Assembly (NCBI RefSeq): GCF_011745625.1
Contig: NW_027191453.1
Location: 558,001 to 622,000 of the forward strand
Length of the DNA stretch: 64,000 bases
Direction of reading: 5' to 3'
Source: Cladosporium halotolerans
Lineage: Eukaryota
This document shows, in pieces, positions 58,790 through 64,000 of the stretch; positions within the stretch are counted from its first letter, which is position 1, and the number at the start of each line of letters is the position of its first letter. A model generated the notes under the pieces. It searched no databases and had not been told where the DNA came from. It saw only the letters and a list, made by a program, of their open reading frames with translations. The translations under genes were made by a program, and so were the position numbers.

Positions 58790-60457
58790 ATGGCGTCTAC
58801 CGACATTTCTCTCGAGCATGCCTCTTCACCTCCACCCACTCTGCGCCGCGTATGGACGGCCCACATTCCACCCGTGAAGTCTCAGTACAAGCCGTTGAAG
58901 ACCTCGACCGAACTCTACTGCGCTCTTTTCGCCTTGCAATTCTCCAACATGATGTGCTTCATCGACTCCATGGCCGCTCCGCCAATGATGTCCACGCTCT
59001 CTAAAGCTCTGAATTGCGGTGCTACGATCGTCTAGGCGGCCATCGCCGGCTCGGTTGGCGGCGTCATTGGCATGATCATCACAGGCTACCTCAGCGACCA
59101 ACTCGGAAGGCGCTACATGCTACTGACGAGCTACACATCCTTGATCGGCATTGCCATCGCAACGGGGTTCGTGCAGCGCGACGTCGAGCTCTTCATCGTC
59201 CGCGGACTGAATGGCCTCGTCTCTGGAGCCATCGGCACTCTCGTGAGCGCCGCTCTCAGTGACTACACCCCACTAGGCACGAGAGGCAAGTACCAAGGCC
59301 TTCAAGGAATCACAATCCTCGTCGGCGGCCCTCTCGGGATGATTGGCGGCGCTGCCCTCGCATTAAAAGGCCAATGGCGCATTCTCTTCTAGGGAATCGA
59401 AGCGCCGTTCGCCGTAATCTCTCTCGTCTCAACCTACCTCTGGTGCCCTGCGACCATCCCACCTCCCACTCGACAGGAGCTCCTGGCAATCCTCAAAACC
59501 ATCGACTACGCAGGAATCGTCACCTTCTGTGCCGCCGTCGTCAGCGGCCTGATCGTCGCCTCCCAAGCCGGCCGCCAATGGCCCGTCAACGACCCTCGCA
59601 TCATCGCCCTGCTCGCCCTCTGCGGCATCTCCTCCCTCGCCTTCCTCGCCCTCGGCCTCAAATACCGCCGCATCCGGCCCGTGATCCCCTTCCGCATCTT
59701 CCGCAACGCCACCGTCTCCATCGTCCTGCTCCAGCAATTCCTCATGGGCGCCGTCTACTGGGCCTTCCTCTACTTCATCCCTTCCTACCTCCAAATCGCC
59801 CACGGCATGAACCCCCTGCGCGCCGCCGCCCACATGCTGCCCTGGCTGCTCCCGCACGGCGTCTGGATGACCCTCTCCGGCCTCGTCATGACCTGGCGCT
59901 GGCCCTTGCGCTGGCCCGCCCGCAAGAAGCAGGTCTCCTACGGGCCCATGATGTGGCTCGGCTACGCCTGCCTGGCCCTCGCCTGCGCGGGCATCGCCTG
60001 CGCGCGCGACGTCGCCGGGCTCGTCGGGCTCGAGGTCGTCTTCGCGCTCGGCACGGGCGCGGTCTTCCAGAACTCCGTCGCCGTCTTGCAGTCGCACACG
60101 GAGCAGGACGAGACGGCCGTCGTGCTGGGCGTGCGCAGCATGGTGCGCGGCGTCGGGGGCTCGATTGGGTCGGCCGTGGGCACGGTGATCATTGGCGCTG
60201 TGCTGGGGGAGTATTTGCCGGAGCGGTGGAAGGGGTTGAAGAGCTCGGCGTTTTCGAAGCCGCCGTTTGCGCGCATGACGGCGGACGAGGCGCGGCTGAC
60301 GGTCGGCTCGTTTGAGCATGCGATCGCGTGGGTGTTCGTGGCGTGCGCGGGCGCGATGGTGTTGAGTTTCGCGCTGTGCGTGTTTATTGCGGATCATGGA
60401 TTGGAGAGGCCGGATATCAAGGAGAAGGAGCGGAGGATGTCTGCGGAGCATATGTAG
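58790..60457 (+). pseudogene. DHA2/EmrB-QacA-type MFS transporter interrupted by two in-frame TAG codons (pseudogene or recoded gene)
   Basis: ORFs 58790-59035, 59072-59392 and 59681-60457 share one frame. The only stops are TAG at 59033-59035 and 59390-59392. Motifs GYLSDQLGRR, RGKYQG, IDYAG, PVIPFRIF, YFIPSYLQ and RGVGGSIG. Confidence 0.85.
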
Positions 60458-60474
60458 TTTTTTTTTTTTTTTTT
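60458..60474 (+). repeat. T17 homopolymer directly after the MFS stop codon
   Basis: Read directly. Confidence 0.9.
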
Positions 60475-60836
60475 CTTTTCGGATTGAGGCGGTCCTAGGG
60501 TATGAGTTGAATGGATGGCGACCTGAGTCGTCTTTTGACCTGATGTTGCTCGAGATTCTGTGGCGAGATATGTGCCTTAGTTTGAAAACAGCCGCTGTAA
60601 TGCTCTCAGTGGCAGCTGCAGAGGCCTTCTGCGAGTCTGTGGCAGCACCACATCTTGGGTTTCTGCCGCTAAAACAGTGGTCAGATAATGCTCGCGATCA
60701 CTCTATCCTTCAACTACAGCTCAAAATCTTCAACGATATCTTGCTCCGCAACATCACAGTAAACCATCATGAGTTGATCAGAGCATTGCCATGGCCAAAA
60801 GGCGTACATTGTTACAGATAGATACACACCTCAGAT

Positions 60837-62707
60837 CTACCGAATCTCCCACAGCTTGATCTTGCCCTGCTCGTTCGCCACAGCCAACACCGAGTGCACG
60901 TCTCCTCCCACGATCTCGCCGCCGCAGAACGCAACACCCGTGATGCGGCCCAGGGGCGTCGAGTTGGTCGGCCAATTCTTGAACACCGTGCAGCTTGGCA
61001 GGTGCACCAGGCGCAGCGCGTCGCGCTTCCACTTGCTCGCCATGACCATGATCTGGCCGTCGGGCGAGAAAGCAAGGTGGGAGGTGGGGGTGGTGAGGTG
61101 GTCAAGGGTCTTCGTAGGCTTGGGGGCGACGGGCACAGGCTGGTCAACGGCCTTGCCTGCTGGCGCGGGCGAGGCGAGCCACTCTCGTCTGTCGTAGATG
61201 TTGACGATGCCGGAGGAGCTGCCGATGGAGATCCAGCGGTCGGTGCCGATGGGAGACTTGACGAACTCGTGGTGTCCGCCGAGAGAGAGCGTGGTCGTTC
61301 CGACGGCGCCTTCGTCCTGCCAGCGGGCGACGGTGCGCTGGTCCTGGATCGACCACTCGGTGATCTCACCGGACTTGCCGGCGATACACAGGCCTTTGCC
61401 GTCGCGCCACCAGGAGAAATCGGCAATGCCACCTCGGCTTTCGATCCGTACTTGCGCAGCCCACTGGAGCGTTGATGCTGAGAGGATGTTGATGACACCG
61501 CCGCCCTTGCGCGCAGAGCCCTGCAGAGCCATGTATTTCCCGTCGGGCGACAACTTGAAGTTTTCCATGCTGCGCTGCTCGTGCTGCTGCCCATAGACAC
61601 GAGTGACTTTCTCGACCTGTCCTGTTTGCAGGTTCCAGACGTGGAAGTAGCGGCGTCGAGCTGAGAGGAAAATTCGCGAATCGTTCGGGTGGAAAGCGGT
61701 AGTCGTCAATGGAGTTCCTCGGATGTGCATGCTCGTCAGAAGAGGATTGGGGGTCGGTGCTGGGGGCGAAGGAGCGATGTGGTGCAGGTAGAGTGTCGAG
61801 GAAGGTCCAGATGAGAGCAGCAAAGGAAGCGAAGGGTGGAATGAGAGCGACGTGATAGCACTGGGCTGAATGCCAGGTACATCCTTCGTGCGCTGAATGT
61901 CGATCGTCTCAGGGCGAATCTTGCGCTTCTTGCCAGATCCACGACCTGATTCACGAACCAAGGATTGGGCATCCTGTAACAACTTTGAAAGAGGCGCAAC
62001 GCTGGGGACCTCATCGTCGACGTCCATCTCCCCGTCAAACTCAGCTTCTTCCTCCGAAGACTCGGCCTCATTTGAAGTCCGTCTCTTTTTGCGAGCGGGC
62101 TTACCGCCGGCAGTCTGTGCCCACTCGGGCTTGGGGTTCAGCAATTCAAACTGCTGTCGCAAACGCCTGCTGTATTCTTTCCCGTTGATCAGATCCTCCG
62201 CCTCGGTTCGTCGTAGCTTGCGTAGTCTGGGTACGTTTGCCAGAGATATCATTAGACGTTCGTCGTCGCTGTCCTCCCATGCTGCGGGTTGCTTTGTGGT
62301 TTCGTCGTCTTCGGAATCAGCAGGTGCTTGGTAAGGGTTCTCAGTGGGGGCAAGGTCGGAGATGAAGAGCTATCGCATGTCAGCATGTTGAGAGTAAGAC
62401 GCGCATGAGTTGCGACACATACATCTGCATCGTCCATCCCTGCCAAACCATCGTCCGAAGCATCATCCTCATCGTCTTCTGCCTCTTGGTCGTCCAAGTT
62501 GAAATCCTTTAAGCCTTCGCGGAAACCCTCGCTGTCGCCAAAAACTAGTCGCTCCAACTCTTCCTCAGCATCATCTTTCTCAATTCCACCTTCCGTGACA
62601 AATTCCACATCCGATCCCTCGTCCATTTCATCCTGAGCCGGAGGCGTTGGTTGCTGAACTGTTTCCTCCTTTTTCTTATTCGCTTTCGCCTGCTTCGATT
62701 TGGCCAT
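60837..62707 (-). CDS. UTP18: U3 snoRNA-associated protein 18 (WD40)
   Basis: EELERLVFGD, AWEDSDDERL, RLRKLRRTEAED, DALRLVHLPSCTVFKNWP and NEQGKIKLW. Intron 62370-62422. Confidence 0.96.
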
Positions 62708-63177
62708 GGTGGATCAGACGAGAAGCTCACAGCCACTCGAGAGACAGAGTGCTCGGCCTTGCAATTATTTCAGGCGGGACGAAGTCGCAAAATTTCGCGA
62801 CTTCTTCTATTCTCAAATCGAACTTCCTACTTCTTTCCTGAAGCCGAGCTAAAAGCGGCGGACGGATCGGCCCGTTAAGGTCGCCGTCGCGCGACCTCCG
62901 CATCCGTGCGCGGCATCCAACTCTTCTGGAGAGCGGAGCCTCATACACAAAGCGACGCCTCCCTCACTCACGCGACAAAGCAAACCCTTTCAAACTCTCC
63001 AAATTCCTCGAACACAGCATCTCCCTTTTCGCACCACGGACACAATCTTGTCTTCCTCTCGATCGCGCCAAATACACACGTTCACTGGAGTTCGCGCCAT
63101 CTAGGAACTGAGGTCTTGACGCCTCGCACCTTACAAATCCTGGTCATACCCTTCGCAGGGACACTATCCACGCCAAC

Positions 63178-64000
63178 ATGTCTCTCGACAAAGAGGCTCC
63201 TCTCGCGCAAGCGATTCAAGCCGCAGTACAGCCAAAGCTCATCGAGAACGGCTGGGTAGCCGAAGATGCCGACACCGAACTGTCCGAATACATCACGCTC
63301 ATGGTCATCAACGGCAAGACGCAGCAGCAAGTTGTGTCAGAAGTTGGAACCGAACTTCTGGGTGTGGGCGAAGACGATCCTGCTGTCGCAGAACTCGCGC
63401 GATGGCTGTTCCAGCAGGTTCCCATGATAAATGCGCAGATCAACGGTGGTGGAGACCAGTCTATGGAGACATCAGGGCAGCAGCAAGAGAGTCAGAACGG
63501 CGCACCTCAGCCCATACCCTCAGCGCAAGATTCGCAGATGGACGACGCAGGAGCACCGGAAGGAGTGTATGTCACACCCAAGTCTCGCCGAGGAAGTCGC
63601 TGCGGGTATTCCGCCGATCCTCTGGCGCAGTATATTATCCCCCAATATAATTATCATAACTTACTAACTCCAACTAGACCAAGTGGGCCAAAGGCAATGC
63701 GCAACGGTGCGGCGGCTGGGAGTGGTAGAGGTCGGGACAAGCGCATGCTTGGTCAGCTTAACAGGCAACTCGACCGCTCGCAGGACGACCCGCTTCGGAG
63801 AATCAAGGGAGCAGCAGGTGGACAGGCTGGCCGCATCAACGCACACGCCGGTCGCGAACCCCCTCGAGGACCCCGTGGTGGTGCCGCCGCAAACGGCATG
63901 AACCGGATGATGAATGGCAGACCTGGGCAGAACATGATGGGCCAGCCTGGTGGACTCAATCCGCAGCAGCAGATGCAATTCTTGCAAATGATGGAGATGC
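63178..64000 (+). CDS. NAB2: Nab2-like nuclear poly(A) RNA-binding protein, 5' part; runs off the right edge
   Basis: MSLDKEAPLAQAIQAAVQPKLIENGW...LSEYITLMVINGKTQQQVVSE (PWI-like). Intron 63567-63677, then VPSGPKAMRNG...RGRDKRMLGQLNRQLDR. The zinc fingers lie outside the window. Confidence 0.85.
   Translation, partial: MSLDKEAPLAQAIQAAVQPKLIENGWVAEDADTELSEYITLMVINGKTQQQVVSEVGTELLGVGEDDPAVAELARWLFQQVPMINAQINGGGDQSMETSGQQQESQNGAPQPIPSAQDSQMDDAGAPEGVYVTPKSRRGSRCGYSADPLAQYIIPQYNYHNLLTPTRPSGPKAMRNGAAAGSGRGRDKRMLGQLNRQLDRSQDDPLRRIKGAAGGQAGRINAHAGREPPRGPRGGAAANGMNRMMNGRPGQNMMGQPGGLNPQQQMQFLQMMEM

Noticed and set aside
60458..60474. T17 as a retrocopy tail of the MFS gene
   Set aside because: Wrong strand: a retrocopy would leave poly(A) on the sense strand.

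Overview
Eukaryotic, intron-containing, GC-rich fungal genomic DNA (filamentous ascomycete; a Dothideomycete-like lineage is my inference from protein style and short GT-AG introns with CTRAC branch sites). About 26 protein-coding loci are supportable. A conserved core block at 1-40250 holds an MDR1-type ABC transporter, NmrA-like protein, nucleoside hydrolase, RPA49, promethin-like protein, UBA/UIM protein, Mtr-type amino acid permease, BRE1, PBN1, GT4, STE3, two alpha/beta hydrolases, CWC2, YdeI/OmdA-like protein, striatin and LIN1. A gene-poor accessory-looking island at about 40250-53800 holds a LURP-one protein, an AA9 LPMO, an APH-like kinase and two pseudogenes. A second block at 54067-64000 holds a Num1-type PH protein, an MFS transporter, UTP18 and NAB2. 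I recognised no tRNA, rRNA, CRISPR or intact transposon. Three observations stand out. (1) An otherwise clean 555-codon MFS transporter frame is interrupted only by two TAG codons, both at likely Trp positions, the pattern expected for A-to-I stop-codon-restoring editing; readthrough or recent pseudogenisation are alternatives. (2) About a dozen kilobase-scale C/A-rich to G/T-rich strand-skew switches ignore gene orientation. (3) A GHKL-ATPase/nuclease (NO VEIN/sacsin-like) gene has collapsed by a large internal deletion. All family calls come from motif recognition by eye, not database searches.
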